Shown: piece after piece, positions 1 to 13,495 of the stretch
Numbering within the stretch: the stretch's first letter is position 1
How the letters are laid out: each line of letters opens with the position of its first letter
Assembly (NCBI RefSeq): GCF_006345805.1
Contig: NC_043007.1
Coordinates: 13,578,001-13,642,000, forward strand
Direction of reading: 5' to 3'
Origin: Octopus sinensis
Taxonomy: Eukaryota
DNA length: 64,000 nt
Translations under genes and position numbers: made by a program
Notes under the pieces: generated by a model
What the model saw: the letters and a program-made list of their open reading frames with translations, nothing else
Databases searched by the model: none
Told to the model about the DNA's origin: nothing

Positions 1-66
1 TCATTTTGTTTGTCAGACATTTTAAATCTAGTACTACATTATCCACCGGGTAATTTATTTCAAAGC

Positions 67-385
67 GGAGGCGTAAAGTCCCAGTGGTTAGGGCAGCGGA
101 CTCGCGGTCATAGGATCGCAGTTTCTATTCCCAGACCGGGCGTTGCGTGTGTCTATTGAGCGAAAACACCTAAAGTTCCACGAGGCTCCGGCAGGGGTTG
201 GTGGTGATCCCTGTTGTACTCTTTCGCCCCAACTTTCTCTCTCTCTTCCTGCTTCTTGAGTAACGCTGCGATAGACTGGCGTCCCGTCCAGCTGGGTGGG
301 GGGGGACTCATACGCCACAGACACCGGGAAACCGGGCCCATGAACCTGGCTAGCCTTGAAAAGGGTCCATAAATAAAATAAAAAT
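67..385 (+). mobile_element. tRNA-derived SINE, chimeric: family D head/body + family F tail
   Basis: The tRNA-like head (cccagtggttagggcagcggactcgcgg) matches 19213+. The tail taacgctgcgatagactggcgtcccgtccagctggg...ccgggaaaccgggcccatga matches 61030-61120. Confidence 0.8.
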
Positions 386-858
386 TTATTTCATAAAGGG
401 CGAATATATGTTGAAGGAAAGTCGCCTGATGTTTCTAGCTTATCAAGCGACCACATATTTAGTTTCTCATTTGCTGCTTTTAAATAAATTGTATGATTTG
501 GATACCCAGTTTAGTTTCAGTTACACAAGCTGAAATATTAAACAAATTTGCTTCTCGTTTTACTCATCCTGTCGTTGTTCACATTGACACATTATTGCTG
601 CTAGTTTTACAGTTTATTATCTTAATATTTAACATTAATTTCCTTATGATGAACAATAATCCTGCTGACGCATGTTTATTATTGTGGTTAATGTCTAAGA
701 AATATATTTCCCTATGGACACATTGCTGGTCCATAACAGCTATAAAATAACCTCAATGGTTTCTTCTTTACGATTACAAATCTAAGCAGACATGATGCGA
801 TAACTATAAACTCTAAAGTTAACGTCTCTATAGAATATAAATCATTCTTTTAGACATA

Positions 859-1262
859 GGCACAGGAGTGGCTGTGTGGTAAGTAGCTTGCTTACCAACC
901 ACATGGTTCCGGGTTCAGTGCCACTGCGTGGCATCTTGGGCAAGTGTCTTCTGCTATAACCCCGGGGCGACTAATTCCTAGACGGAAACTGAAAGAAGCC
1001 TGTCGTATATATGTATATATATATATATGTATGTGTGTGTATATGTCTGTGTCTCTGTGTTTGTCCCCCTCGCATTGCTTGGCAACCGATGCTGGTGTGT
1101 TTACGTCCCCGTCCCTTAGCGGTTCGGCAAAAGAGACCGATAGAATAAATACTGGGACTTACAAAAGAATAAGTCCCGGGGTCGATTTGCTCGACTAAAG
1201 GCGGTGCTCCAGCATGGCCGCAGTCAGATGACTGAAACAAGTAAAAGTGTAAAAGAGTAAGA
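859..1262 (+). mobile_element. SINE family A (tRNA head, CORE-like box, central (TA)n(TG)n, (GTAAAAGA)n tail)
   Basis: Full-length copy: ggcacaggagtggctgtgtggt... to ...gcagtcagatgactgaaacaagtaaaag. More than 15 related copies occur in the window. Confidence 0.9.
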
Positions 1263-1726
1263 GAGCATTACAGTAGAGATAAATAGAAGAGGGAGAAAAT
1301 GGGTCCAGAAACATCGATGGAGATACCGTATTAAATATAAGCAAAACTCAAAACCAAGCTCTCAGATACATCAGAATAACGTAACATGTAGCTCTATGCC
1401 ATTCACACCATAGTTTTAAAGACTTAGTAGGGGAGTAAAGAACAGTGCTACTGCCACATTTAAAGGACTTTGGAACTAATGACGCGAAAGAAGGGGGTAA
1501 TTCAGAGATCTCAGATGTGGTCGGAATGCTTGACATCCAAGTTACACGCGGTTATATATGAATGGAGAAGTGGTTTGAACCACCGACCATCGATTCAAAA
1601 AATAAGCAAAGCTGACCGCGGCAGGATTGGAACTCGGAAAGTACAGAACCGGAAGAAATACCACAAAGAATTTTAGCTGACGCGCTTGCGTTTCTGCCAC
1701 AGCAATGAACAATAGTAGATAAATAT

Positions 1727-2135
1727 GAGAGGAGTGGCTGTGTGGTAAGTAGCTTGCTAACCAACCACATGGTTCCGGGTTCAGTCCCACTGCGTGGCAT
1801 CTTGGGCAAGTGTCTTCTACTATAGCCCCGGGCCGACCAATGCCTTGTGAGTGGATTTGGTAGACGGAAACTGAAAGAAGCCTGTCGTATATATGTATAT
1901 ATATATATATATAATATATATATGTGTGTGTGTATGTGTGTTTGTCCCCCCAACATCGCTTGACAACCGATGCTGGTGAGTTTACATCCCCGTCACTTAG
2001 CGGTTCGGCAAAAGAGACCGATAGAATAAGTACTGGGCTCACAAAGAATAAGTCCCGGGGTCGAATTGCTCGACTAAAGGCGGTGCTCCAGCATGGCCGC
2101 AGTCAAATGACGGAAACAAGTGAAAGAGTAAAAGA
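1727..2135 (+). mobile_element. SINE family A
   Basis: High identity to 859-1262. Confidence 0.9.
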
Positions 2136-2339
2136 GAGAGAGAGAGTAGAGTAGGTAAGAATTGAACTATGAATCACTATTCCGAAATATACACTAGCAA
2201 AATAAGATCTGTTTTTGTTTTGTTCCTTTTAGTGGCCAGCGACCATCTTGAGAAATGTAAGTATCTGTAGATAAATATTTCTGAAACTTCGCTATTGTCA
2301 ACAACAGAGAAATGACAACAATAAAACAGGAAATAACGA

Positions 2340-2380
2340 TGGCAATAATAATGATGATGATGATGATGATGATGATAAGT

Positions 2381-2447
<67 letters not shown>

Positions 2448-2458
2448 CAATAATAATG

Positions 2459-2489
<31 letters not shown>

Positions 2490-2509
2490 CAATAATAATA
2501 ATAATAATA

Positions 2510-2553
<44 letters not shown>

Positions 2554-2624
2554 AAAACGCTAGGTGAACAACAACAATCATAACAACAATAACAACAACA
2601 ATAATAATAATGACGATGGTGACT

Positions 2625-2668
<44 letters not shown>

Positions 2669-2708
2669 AATGATGATGATGATGATGATGATGATGATAA
2701 TAATAATG

Positions 2709-2791
<83 letters not shown>

Positions 2792-2950
2792 AAGAAGAAG
2801 AAGAAGAAGAAGAAGAAGAAGAAGAAGAAGAAGAAGAAATTGAAGACGAAAACCAATAACACCACCAGCAATAATAAATAAAAATCAATAACAATAGGAA
2901 TCACAACGACAATAGCAACAACAACAACAGCAACAAGAATGTTGCAACAA
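2340..2950. repeat. Compound trinucleotide microsatellite (GAT)n/(AAT)n/(AAG)n/(CAA)n
   Basis: Seen directly. It explains the poly-M/I/N/D/K ORFs. Confidence 0.98.
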
Positions 2951-3319
2951 CAGCAGATACATCGTTCCTAAGATAGAGAGAGAGACCAAAAAAAGAAAAA
3001 GGCACAAGAAAACACGCGTTAGCAGAAGAATTATTAGAATTCCTTAAGAGCTTTGCGAAAGTTTATTGCTTGCGGTTCGTTGTATGTTGATTATATCCAC
3101 TACACAGTGTAAATTCTATTCATTAAGAGCAGTCGTTTTCGACTATGGAGTCTTAGAACTTTCACTCTGAGAACGGTCGTGTGTGTGTGTGAGGAAATTT
3201 GATATAGAAATTCGATGGTTATTCATGATTAGGGAAGAATGTGTAATTAAATGCACAGAATGGCAGAATAGCAATACCCTTGCGTGAGTGTCACACTGAA
3301 CGACAAACGTGTGTGTTCA

Positions 3320-3328
3320 TCTAGGCAC

Positions 3329-3360
<32 letters not shown>

Positions 3361-3802
3361 CCATATATATATGAATATACATACATACATAAATATATAT
3401 ATATATATATAAATGCATATATATATATCTCCGTATATACATGAATATACATATATACATACATACATATATATACATATATATATATATATACCTGTGT
3501 AAATATATATGCATATACATATATACATATGTATATAAGTATGCAAGTACGTATGCATGTGTGTATACATATTATAGATTTATAGGTAAATGAGTATATA
3601 TATATATATACACACACAAAATATATATGTATATTATGAATGTATGTATGCTGGCACTGACATACGTACGTGCATACATGCATGTATATATGCATATGTG
3701 CATGTGTATGTGCGTGTTTATGCGTGTATATGATCGTGCATGTATGTATACATATTTATATATATGTATATACATGTAAGTATATATGCTTACATACATA
3801 TA

Positions 3803-3841
<39 letters not shown>

Positions 3842-4470
3842 ATATATATAAATAGATAGATAGATATACATATTTATACAAATATATATTTATATACATA
3901 AGTGAGTATATAGGTGTGTGTCTGTGTCTATGATGGCTAGGTGATTTTGCGAACATAGTGTATGTATGTGTATTTTTATTTTACGCTAATAGAAACTCCC
4001 ATTCGCTCCTAAAGTCTGTATAACGGCATAAACACGACACATCTTAATGGATATATCTATTGTCATCACAAATGGCGCATTAGATTAAACAGCTACAATA
4101 ATGAGAACGGCTTCGAATGCTGCCATGAAAAAGAAGAAAGTCACTCTACAAGATGGCGTACTCGAGTTAAACAAATAGATAAATAACAAGAGAAACCAGT
4201 ACGTCAACAATAACAACTAATGCAACAACAACGGAAGCAGCAACAACAACAATGAAAACAACCCAATTAAGAGGAATAAATCGAAGAAAATTACAATCAT
4301 AAGAATCGACAGTAAAGATCAACATTTTCGCAATAGTAATAAAGGTCAGGAGTGACTGCATTGGACCTGGTGCATTATTTGTGTCTATGTGTACGGTGTA
4401 TGCCTTTATGTATTTAGGTCTGTATGCATGTATGTATGTATGTATGTATGTATGTATGTATGTATGCATG

Positions 4471-4504
<34 letters not shown>

Positions 4505-4678
4505 TGTATGCATGCATGTATGTTTTCCCTCACTTCTCTCTCCCTCTCCCCTTCTCACTATTTATCTATGAACAATCTATATATCCACATAAAACATACA
4601 AACACATACGTATATATATATATATATTTGCATGCATGTATATATATACATATGCATATAATTATATTATATATATAT

Positions 4679-4722
<44 letters not shown>

Positions 4723-5075
4723 GCATAGATATAGACGTACATATAATACACATATATATATACATATATAAATATATATATATATGAACATGGAAACATT
4801 TGCATGATTATACATATTACATATACTATACATATACATACATATATTATATATATATGTGTGTGTGCGTGTGTGTGTGGTGTGTGTATGTATGAATGTA
4901 TGTGCGTATGTATGTACGCCTGCATGTATATGGAAGGTATATAGTTAATGGATATTTCCTGCTTTTAAATAGTAAAAGTAACATTTTAGATTACCTGCAG
5001 TAAAATCAATTACGTGAATGTTCATTGAAAACCTTATAATGAATATTTATACAAACACACACACATATATATATA

Positions 5076-5158
<83 letters not shown>

Positions 5159-5220
5159 ATTTATGTATATATATAAACATTATGTATGTATGTATGTATA
5201 TATATATATACGTATGTGTA
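3320..5220. repeat. Microsatellite-rich tract (TA)n/(TACA)n/(TG)n with short unique interruptions
   Basis: Seen directly. Confidence 0.9.
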
Positions 5221-5689
5221 TATATGTATTCGCTATTATAATTCTGTTTACTGTATGCACGGCGAAGGACACGTGTTCAAACGGTTGTCAGAACTTCTTC
5301 AGATGTTTAATGCTATTTTAATTTCTTTCTTCTTCTTTTCATTTCAATCTAATATTGATTTGTTGTGTAATTTCAATGTCATAAAGGTTGATGAAAGAAG
5401 GAAAATTGGATGTTGTGGCATTGATGTATTTTTCAAGTTTTGGAAACTGCGCGCACGTGTGGAGGTTTTGGACACCTTTTGATTATAAGTTTCTTTTTTT
5501 GTTCGTTTGTTTGTTCTTTTTCTCTTTTGTTTATTTCTGTGATTCTGTGAATACCGAATGTAACGTTAATTTTTCTTATGACTCTTGGAAAATTCAGTCG
5601 ATGAAAGAAAGAACCTGTCAAGTACTGATGTCGGTAAAATTATCTGTTACGCTCTCGCTAAAAGCCTGGCCCTCTCCCTCTTTTAGTCT

Positions 5690-5790
5690 TTTACTTGTTC
5701 CTGTCATTTGACTGTGGCCATGCTGGAGCACCACCCTTAATCGAGCAAATCATCCCCAGGACCTATTATTAGTACTGATCCTATCGGTCA
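5690..5790 (-). mobile_element. SINE A 3' fragment
   Basis: ttttacttgttcctgtcatttgactgtggccatgctggagcacc is the reverse complement of the A tail. Confidence 0.8.
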
Positions 5791-5794
5791 CATT

Positions 5795-6057
5795 TACCAG
5801 GATCTGCTGATCGTCAGATTAAGAAAAACATTGTCATGGTATCAGTCGCTCTCCGGCAGGTTTATGGTCGAACCTGTGGCAGTTGAGACCTCCGTCGTTC
5901 TTGGCCGCTGGACCACATCTCTGCTCACCCCTATCAGGGCGGAGATTACTGTGCGCAACTGCGATCCCCGTGATTCAGAGTGGTTCTTCTACTGCCTCTC
6001 CCTCTCTATCTTCCGAGGCAACGCCTTTAACATTTTGCTTGCTGGTACCTTGAGAAA
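5795..6057 (+). pseudogene. Non-LTR retrotransposon C-terminal restriction-like endonuclease fragment (CRE/HERO-like)
   Basis: Translation YQSLSGRFMVEPVAVETSVVLG...CLSLSIFRGNAFNIL resembles the 'PxAVETxG...QRxSxAxxRGNA' C-terminus of RLE-type LINEs (recalled motif). Confidence 0.6.
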
Positions 6058-6656
6058 AGCGGCGAGCTGGCTGAAACGTTAGCACGCCGGGCGAAATGCT
6101 GAGTGGTATTTTGTCTGCCGTTACGTTCTGAGTTCAAATTACACCGAGCTCGATGTTGCCTTTCATCCTTTCGGGGTCGATAAATTATGTACCAGTTACG
6201 CACTGTGGTCGATATGATCGACTTAATCCGTCGGTCTGTCATTGTTTGTCCTCTCTGTGTTTAGCCCCTTGTGTGTAGCAAAGAAATTGGTATTTCCTCT
6301 GCCGTTACGTTCTGAGTTCAAATTCCGCCGAGGTCGACTTTGCCTTTCATCCTTTCGGGGGCGATAAATTAAGTACCAGTTACGAACTGGGGTCGATATA
6401 ATCGACTTAATCCGCCTATCTGTCCTTGTTTGTCCTCTCTGTGTTTAGCCTCTCGTGTGTAGTAAAGAAATTGGTATTTCCTCTGCCGTTACGTTCTGAG
6501 TTCAAATTCCGCCGAGGTCGACTTTGCCTTTCATCCTTTCGGGGGCGATAAATTAAGTACCAGTTACGAACTGGGGTCGATATAATCGACTTAATCCATC
6601 TGTCTGTCCTTGTTTGTCCTCTCTGTGTTTAGCCCCTTGTGGGTAGTAAAGAAATA
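6058..6656 (+). mobile_element. SINE family B with 184-bp body triplicated, 14-bp TSD GGTACCTTGAGAAA
   Basis: One head (ggcgagctggctgaaacgttagcacg), with units starting at ggta 6105, 6289 and 6473. TSD at 6044-6057 and 6657-6670. Confidence 0.9.
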
Positions 6657-7550
6657 GGTACCTTGAGAAATGTTTCATATATTGTGAGAAGCAGAGGGAT
6701 GTCTCTGTTACACATGTGAACAGCAGCTGCCCAATGAGGATACTACCTTCCGATGCGGTATGATATCATTAAAACAATATACAAGATGCAGAGTCATAAC
6801 GTAAATAGAGACGACTTCCGAAGATGAATTTCAGCATTTTGCATTTTTTATTGTATGTTATTAGTTCAGAAGCGCGTCGGTTCAATTTTAACTCTCATTG
6901 TTTACAATAGTTCAAATAAGGGGCGAGTTTGTTCCATTCAGTGACTTTATTTACTTCATTAGTACTGTTTGGCTGTGTGATTTCTAACGTCCATCTGATT
7001 GATGCGTTATTTTGGCTAATGACCCGATAAGTCAAGAAATACTGCACTAGAGATGAAGAGAGAACACGCACGCACACACACACACACACAACACAAACAC
7101 ACACACAAACACACACACACAAACACACACACACTCATTTATAGAGGCAATATCGAAAATTTGAGAATGAGCCCTCAACACCGCACTGGTGGATAAATAT
7201 TTTCCTTTCTATGTTAACAAGGTTACCAATTGTTTCATGTAATGGGAATCTCTTAACAATTATCAAGTGTTCTACTTAGCAACGCTGGTACTCAACTCCA
7301 TAGTGGAAATGTGAACCAAATTTCTCATATGGCAGACTTGATAACAGTTGTAGGCTTGGTAAGCAACAAATGAATGAATATATATATGAATAAATAAATG
7401 TATGTATGCATATACATATAAATAATATGTATATATATATATATATATAATATATATATACACATATATATATATGTAATACCTATATATACGTAAATTT
7501 ACATACGTACAACTATACGTATATATAATATATATGATTGATTCAATATA

Positions 7551-7757
7551 TGACCTAGTGTGTATCGTTGGCGAAGTTTTTCCCTCTGTCTTCCCTTCCT
7601 TGGATCTTTCCTTTCCTATATTTCAGACGAAGAGCTCCGCTGGAAACCTTATATCCTCCGTCTTTCTTTCCTTTCCTGAGCGTCCAATAACACTATACTT
7701 GTTCTACGTCCCCGCGTTGTTGTGTTTTCTCTTTGTGTTTTCATGTTTGGATTAACT
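7551..7757 (+). mobile_element. ~200-bp dispersed element H1 with degenerate hammerhead motif
   Basis: Homologous to 30143-30341. Contains cagacga-a-gagc-tcc-gctg-gaaac at 7624-7647. Confidence 0.7.
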
Positions 7758-7772
7758 ATATATTATATATAT

Positions 7773-8130
7773 ATCCTTAAATCCTTAATCCTTAAAAATG
7801 TTTTAGCCCGAAGGCCGCGACCATGCTGGGGCACCACCGCTGAATGAGCTACACTAGTTTGTGAATCCACCTCTGATACGTGGCACTTGATCAACAAGGG
7901 AGTTCGATGCTGCTGCCCGCATCCGTGTCTCTCTCGTCGTGAGTAGGTTTCATCTGGACTCCCAACAAGAAGAGATCCAGTTTAGTTTTAAGAAACCCAC
8001 ATCCACACCATGTAAGTCTCTCTCAGGCATTTAGGGAGGATGTTAAAGAGCTGTGGTCCTCTGAAACCCAAGGTGTTGCAGTATCTGGACCTGTATTTTG
8101 ATGGTGATGTTGGAATCCTTGGCATATATT
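7773..8130 (-). mobile_element. CR1/L2-like LINE 3' fragment with 3' UTR and (AAGGATT)n tail
   Basis: Minus strand reads KYRSRYCNTLGFRGPQLFNILP and, after frameshifts, VPDEPT...SNSLVDQVPRIRGG. Homologous to 46947-47270. Confidence 0.8.
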
Positions 8131-8206
8131 TGGAATATATATATACATATATATATTATTTATATTCTTTTGTGATTGAACGCCACGCATTCTCTCTGCA
8201 AGTAAG

Positions 8207-8263
<57 letters not shown>

Positions 8264-8713
8264 TATATATATATGATAATGTGCATAAATGTGAATGTCC
8301 AAAATAAAGAATTGCTGACTGAAAGATAGCAATTCTTGAAAAATGTCACTGGGCTACATTACAATGTTAGGCGTAAAGAAATATTTCTCGCAACAACAAT
8401 TCTAGCAGGAGATATATTGCGTTGACCTTTGTAGCTGACATCAAATGCTTTTATAAATAGCGGGCGCTAATAAACCAATAAAGACGTCTACATGCCTTCA
8501 CTTATACCACAATAGTTTTATGGGTTATTAAACCATCATTGAAACAACTGCATAATTTGTTCGTACAGATTAGTAACACTCGACAGATCGCCGTCTATAA
8601 TTTTGTGCCTGGCCTGCAGCACAATTTACTGAAGAAAGGGGGAGTAATCGGCGTAGTAATAATTTCTGAAAAAGTGAACATTTTAGCGAACTGTCCACTA
8701 ACTGTGTAATATA

Positions 8714-8945
8714 TATTTCTTTATTGCCCACAAGGAGCTAAACACGGAGGGGGGCAAACAAGGACAAACAAAGGGGTTAAGTCGATTACATCGACCCCAG
8801 TGCGAAACTGGTACTTTATTTATCGACCCCGAAAGGATGAAAGGCAAAGTCGACCTCGGCGGAATTTGAACTCAGAAGGTAACGACACACGAAATACTGC
8901 TAAGCATTTCGCCCGGCACGCTAACGTTTCTGCCAGCTCGCCGCC
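8714..8945 (-). mobile_element. SINE B, 15-bp TSD TAACTGTGTAATATA
   Basis: Full length. TSD at 8699-8713 and 8946-8960. Confidence 0.9.
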
Positions 8946-9579
8946 TAACTGTGTAATATAGCTTGTGCTTTATCACAGAATGAAGCAACTGACAGATGTC
9001 GAATTATTCTCACACCTGAATTATGATACAACTGGTTGATTAGGATCTGCTAAGCCACTCAGGTGTCTGATGGCTATGTAATTTATACAACCCATCTATA
9101 AATACAAGCAAACCTAGGCTAGAGATGGATATTTCATAACCCTTCCCGGCATATCTGTCTCGGGCAATAGAATTTGCACCATTGAGTTGTTGCTACCAAC
9201 TTTCACAGGCTGTAAACTCTCCAGCTGACATGACTAGGATGGATGGATGGATGGATGGAGGATGGATGGATGGATGAATTGGATGGATAGATGGATGGAT
9301 AGCTGGATGGTTATCATTTCCCAAATAAATCTTCTTGTCTTCTCTAGTGTCGTCCAAAAGAGTATAGAGTAATACGTTTGGCAATTGTTTGGCAACAGTT
9401 TGTTTATAGTTTGACTGGAAGAGATGCAAACAAAATGAAGAGTCGATCCACAAACGAGCTTAAGGGTTCCACACTGCATTTATTACAAGGTTTACGCTAT
9501 AAGCTTTGTCTCGTACGGGAGGGAAGTTATTTGCCTAGAACTGAGTATCATGACAAGTACAAACAAGAGATCATACCCT

Positions 9580-9710
9580 ACCAAAGAAGAAGAAGAAGAA
9601 GAAGAAGAAGAAGAAGAAGAAGAAGAAGAAGAAGAAGAAAGCAGAGAGAAGAAGAAGAAAAGAAGATGAAGAAGAAGAAGTGAGAAGAAGAATAAGTAGT
9701 GAGAAGAATA

Positions 9711-9757
<47 letters not shown>

Positions 9758-9850
9758 CAGTAGTAGTAGTAGTAGTAGTATAGTAGTAGTAGTAGTAGAA
9801 GAAGAAAAGAAGAAGAAGAGAAGAATAAGAAGAAGAAGAAGAAGAAAAGA
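9580..9850. repeat. (AAG)n/(TAG)n microsatellite
   Basis: Seen directly. Confidence 0.95.
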
Positions 9851-9879
9851 CAACAAAAGCTATAAAGCAAATTAAATCA

Positions 9880-10225
9880 AAACTAAAACTAGAACAGCAA
9901 CGGACCATGATAAAGCGATGGCAAGAAAAGACCTTTCATGGCAAGTACTGGACTAAACTAAATGCAAAAGAAATAGACAAAGAAAAACTCCAGCAATGGT
10001 TGAGAAGCTCAGGACTCAAAGCAGAGACAGAGGGTTTTTTAATTGCAGCACAAGTCTAAAGCCTCCCCACCAGAAATTACCAAAAACATGTAATGAAAAG
10101 AAATATAGCAAGTAACTGCAGAATATGTGGAGATGGACAAGAAACAATAAATCATATTATCTCTGGCTGCCCAGTCCTGGCTAAGAAGGAATATATTCAC
10201 AGACACGACAGAGTTGGGACCTACA
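9880..10225 (+). pseudogene. R4/Dong-like LINE fragment, CCHC zinc-knuckle region
   Basis: WQEKTFHGKY...WLRSSGLKAETEG...CRICGDGQETINHIISGCPVLAKKEYIHRHD is typical of R4/Dong-clade RLE LINEs. Frameshifted, and cut by SINE C. Confidence 0.85.
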
Positions 10226-10531
10226 TCATGACTGACCATTGGATTGCACCTAGAAAGTTACCCTCCCAGGCACAACCGGGCAAGGTTGTTTATGGAAGAC
10301 CAGCATACAGGCGTCCCCCTCCCCTCGCCACCAGTGTTATCCAAGGGAAAAGCAAAGGGGCCGATACAGATTGGCACCTGTGACGTTGCAACTCACTTCT
10401 GAAGCTGAGTGGACTGGAGCAACGGGGAAATAAATTGTCTTGCTCAAGAACACGACACGCAGCCCGGTCCGGAATTCGAACTCACAATCTCACGATCGTA
10501 AACCCGACGCTCTAACCACTGAGCCATGCGC
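10226..10531 (-). mobile_element. SINE family C (tRNA head + CORE-like domain)
   Basis: Reverse-complement homologue of 58287-58622. Confidence 0.85.
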
Positions 10532-11185
10532 CCCCCCCCCACACACAACACACACACACATACATATACATGCAGGTATGTATGTATGCATGTATATAGG
10601 TGAGTATGTATGTTTGCATGAATGGATGTATGTATGCGTGTATGTATGCGTGTATGCATGTATGTATGTATCTATCTATCTCTCCATCTATCCATCTGTC
10701 CATCCATCCATCTATCTATTTATCTATCTATCCACCTAGCCATATGTCTATCTATCTATCGATTGATCGATCTATCTATCCATCTATCTGTCTATCTATC
10801 CATCTATCTTTTTATATATCTATCTTTCTATCTATCTACATATCTACGCATACTGCATGTATGTATGTATGTATGAATGTATGTATGTATGAATGTATGT
10901 ATGTATGTATGTATGTATGTATGTATGTATGAATGTATGTATGTATTATATGAATGTATGTATGTATGTATGGAATGTATGTATGGTATGTAATGTATGT
11001 TAATGTATGTAATGTATGTATGTATGTAATGTATGTATGAATGTATGTATGTATATATGTATGTTTGTATGTAAGCATGTATGTATGCATGTATGTATGT
11101 ATATATATGTATGTAATGTATGTATGTGTGTATGCATGTACGTTTGTATGTATGTATGTATGTATTATGTATGTATGTATGTATA
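10530..11185. repeat. (TATG)n/(TATC)n microsatellite
   Basis: Seen directly. Confidence 0.95.
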
Positions 11186-11340
11186 CAACGGTCTCCTTTT
11201 AGTTGCCGTCTGCCATATTCGTTTGCATGTTTTAGGTCGGCCCGCGGTTATAGTAGAAGACAATTGCCGAAGTCACCACGCGGTCGAATTGAGCCCCGAA
11301 CCATGTGGTTGGACAGCAAGCTTCTTACACCCAAGCGACG
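11185..11340 (-). mobile_element. Diverged SINE A 5' half
   Basis: ggtcggcccgcggttatagtagaagac...ccgaaccatgtggttgg matches the reverse complement of the A head. Confidence 0.7.
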
Positions 11341-11980
11341 CATACATACATACATACATACATAAATACATGTACGTTTGTATTCCTCCATCTGCGCGCG
11401 CTTGCGTGTGTATATGTTTGGGCGCGCGCGTTTATATATATATGATATATGTGAGATGTAATGTTAACCGTTCGTTCCAAATTTGTGCACTGTCAGTGAA
11501 ACTGTAATTTCGTTCCACATTCCTCTCTCTCTCTCTACTTTCTATTTTTTGTTTTTATTTCCTCACCCCGCCCCCTTTTTTTCCCTTTCCTATGTGCTTT
11601 GAGTGTGCTTATATGAGTCTAATATTTACATATATATATATATATATATAGATATATATATAGATATATATATATATATTATATTATGTGATGTACTCTA
11701 TATGTGTTTGTGTTTGTGTGTATGTGTGTGTGTGTGATCCTAGACTGGAAATTGACAACACAGAGCTTTTTTTTTTTTTTTCTGGGTCAAGCTATATGCG
11801 TGGGAACATGTCAGCAGATTGTTGCAGGGTGTGTCTCCTGATTAGAGTGACACAAAGCAAGGTCGGTCTGACTGTAGGTCTTAGGGCAGGCGGGGTTACA
11901 CCGTTTTGGCTTTTTTTTGCGCGTCTGTGGTGTTATTACTGTAATTTTTTTACTAGTCATATTATCACTTATTATTATTA

Positions 11981-12027
<47 letters not shown>

Positions 12028-12165
12028 TGATTTTGTGATGTTTTGTTTTGTTATTTTGGCAGTAGGGGTTTTCTGCTTTTTCTAAGAACATGTTGGGACA
12101 CTTGTCTACGTCTGGGAGACATAACATTGCTGACATAGTGAAGTGTAATACACATGTGTATAAAA

Positions 12166-12199
<34 letters not shown>

Positions 12200-12294
12200 T
12201 CACAGACATATATGTATTGACACACACACACACATATATAAATACATATATATACACACATGTATGTATATATATATATATATACTACATGTAT

Positions 12295-12339
<45 letters not shown>

Positions 12340-12546
12340 CATACATAGATATAGATATAAATATATTATATATGTAAACATATATACACAGACTCACACA
12401 TATATACACATATATACATGCGCAAACTATTCATATCTTTCTTATATATGCATAATATATATATATTAATATATAATAAATTACGTATATATATATATTA
12501 TCATACATATATATACACATATAATATATATACATATATATATACA

Positions 12547-12577
<31 letters not shown>

Positions 12578-12913
12578 ATATACACGCTATATATATATAT
12601 ATAATATACACAAACGACACATGGATAATTTATAAATATATTTACATGTATTAACATACGTATGTGTTTGTGTGCATTCCTCTGTGTGTGTGTGTGTGTC
12701 TGAACGTCGTCTGTAGATAAATGTCGTTTGACTGCCGGATCATATTTCAACAATGTGTTGCTACTTTAAGTAGAAACAGAATGTTGTATGCACTTATAAG
12801 TGACCTGATTCTAATAACGTTTCGTTCACTAATATCTTTGTAAATCTGTATGAACGATTCCATGTTTAATATCGACTCTTTTTTTTTTATAAAATCCGAT
12901 TTAATTAGTCATT

Positions 12914-13028
12914 TACGTGGTCTGATCAATAAGCATCCGGATTGTTGCCGTAGTAATGAAACTAAAGCACGCTGAGTGAAGCCGCTTGGCATGAATTGAC
13001 CCTAAGCTCTGCTGTATATATGCACTAA
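12914..13028 (+). mobile_element. Probable mariner-type 5' end (TIR-like), cut by SINE A
   Basis: tacgtggtctgatcaataagcatccgga resembles mariner TIRs (recalled). A second copy lies at 57331. Confidence 0.5.
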
Positions 13029-13447
13029 GCGCAGGAGTGGCTGTGTGGTAAGTAGCTTGCTAACCAACCACATGGTTCCGGGTTCAGTCCCACTGCGTGG
13101 CATTTTGGGCATGTGTCTTCTGCTATAGCCCCGGGCTGACCAATGCCTTGTGAGTGAATTTGGTAGACGGAAACTGAAAGAAGCCTGTCGGAATATATAT
13201 ATATATATATATATATATTGTGTGTGTGTGGTGTGTTTTGTTTCTGTGTTTGTACCCCTAGCATTGCTGACAACCGATGCTGGTGTGTTTTACGTCCCCG
13301 TCACTTAGCGGTTCGAGAGAAAAGAGACCGATAGAATCAGTACGGGCTTACAAAGAATAAGTCCCGGGGTCGATTTGCCGGACTAAAGGCGGTGCTCCAG
13401 CATGGCCGCAGTCAAATGACTGAAACAAGTAAAAGAGTAAAGAGTAA
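13029..13447 (+). mobile_element. SINE A
   Basis: Full-length copy. Confidence 0.9.
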
Positions 13448-13457
13448 TAGGCATATA

Positions 13458-13495
<38 letters not shown>

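Noticed and set aside
1440-1560. SGNH esterase-like ORF1 fragment (LKDFGTNDA)
   Set aside because: A single short motif with no supporting context.
1542-2042. 166-aa and similar recurring ORFs (e.g. 18373-18711, 36152-36661) as a protein family
   Set aside because: They are read-throughs of SINE A; frames are not conserved between copies.
5268-5306. Minus-strand hammerhead (ctgaaga-a-gttc...gaac)
   Set aside because: GAAA is missing; chance similarity is plausible.
6105-6656. CRISPR-like array
   Set aside because: The units are whole 184-bp SINE bodies with no unique spacers, in eukaryotic DNA.
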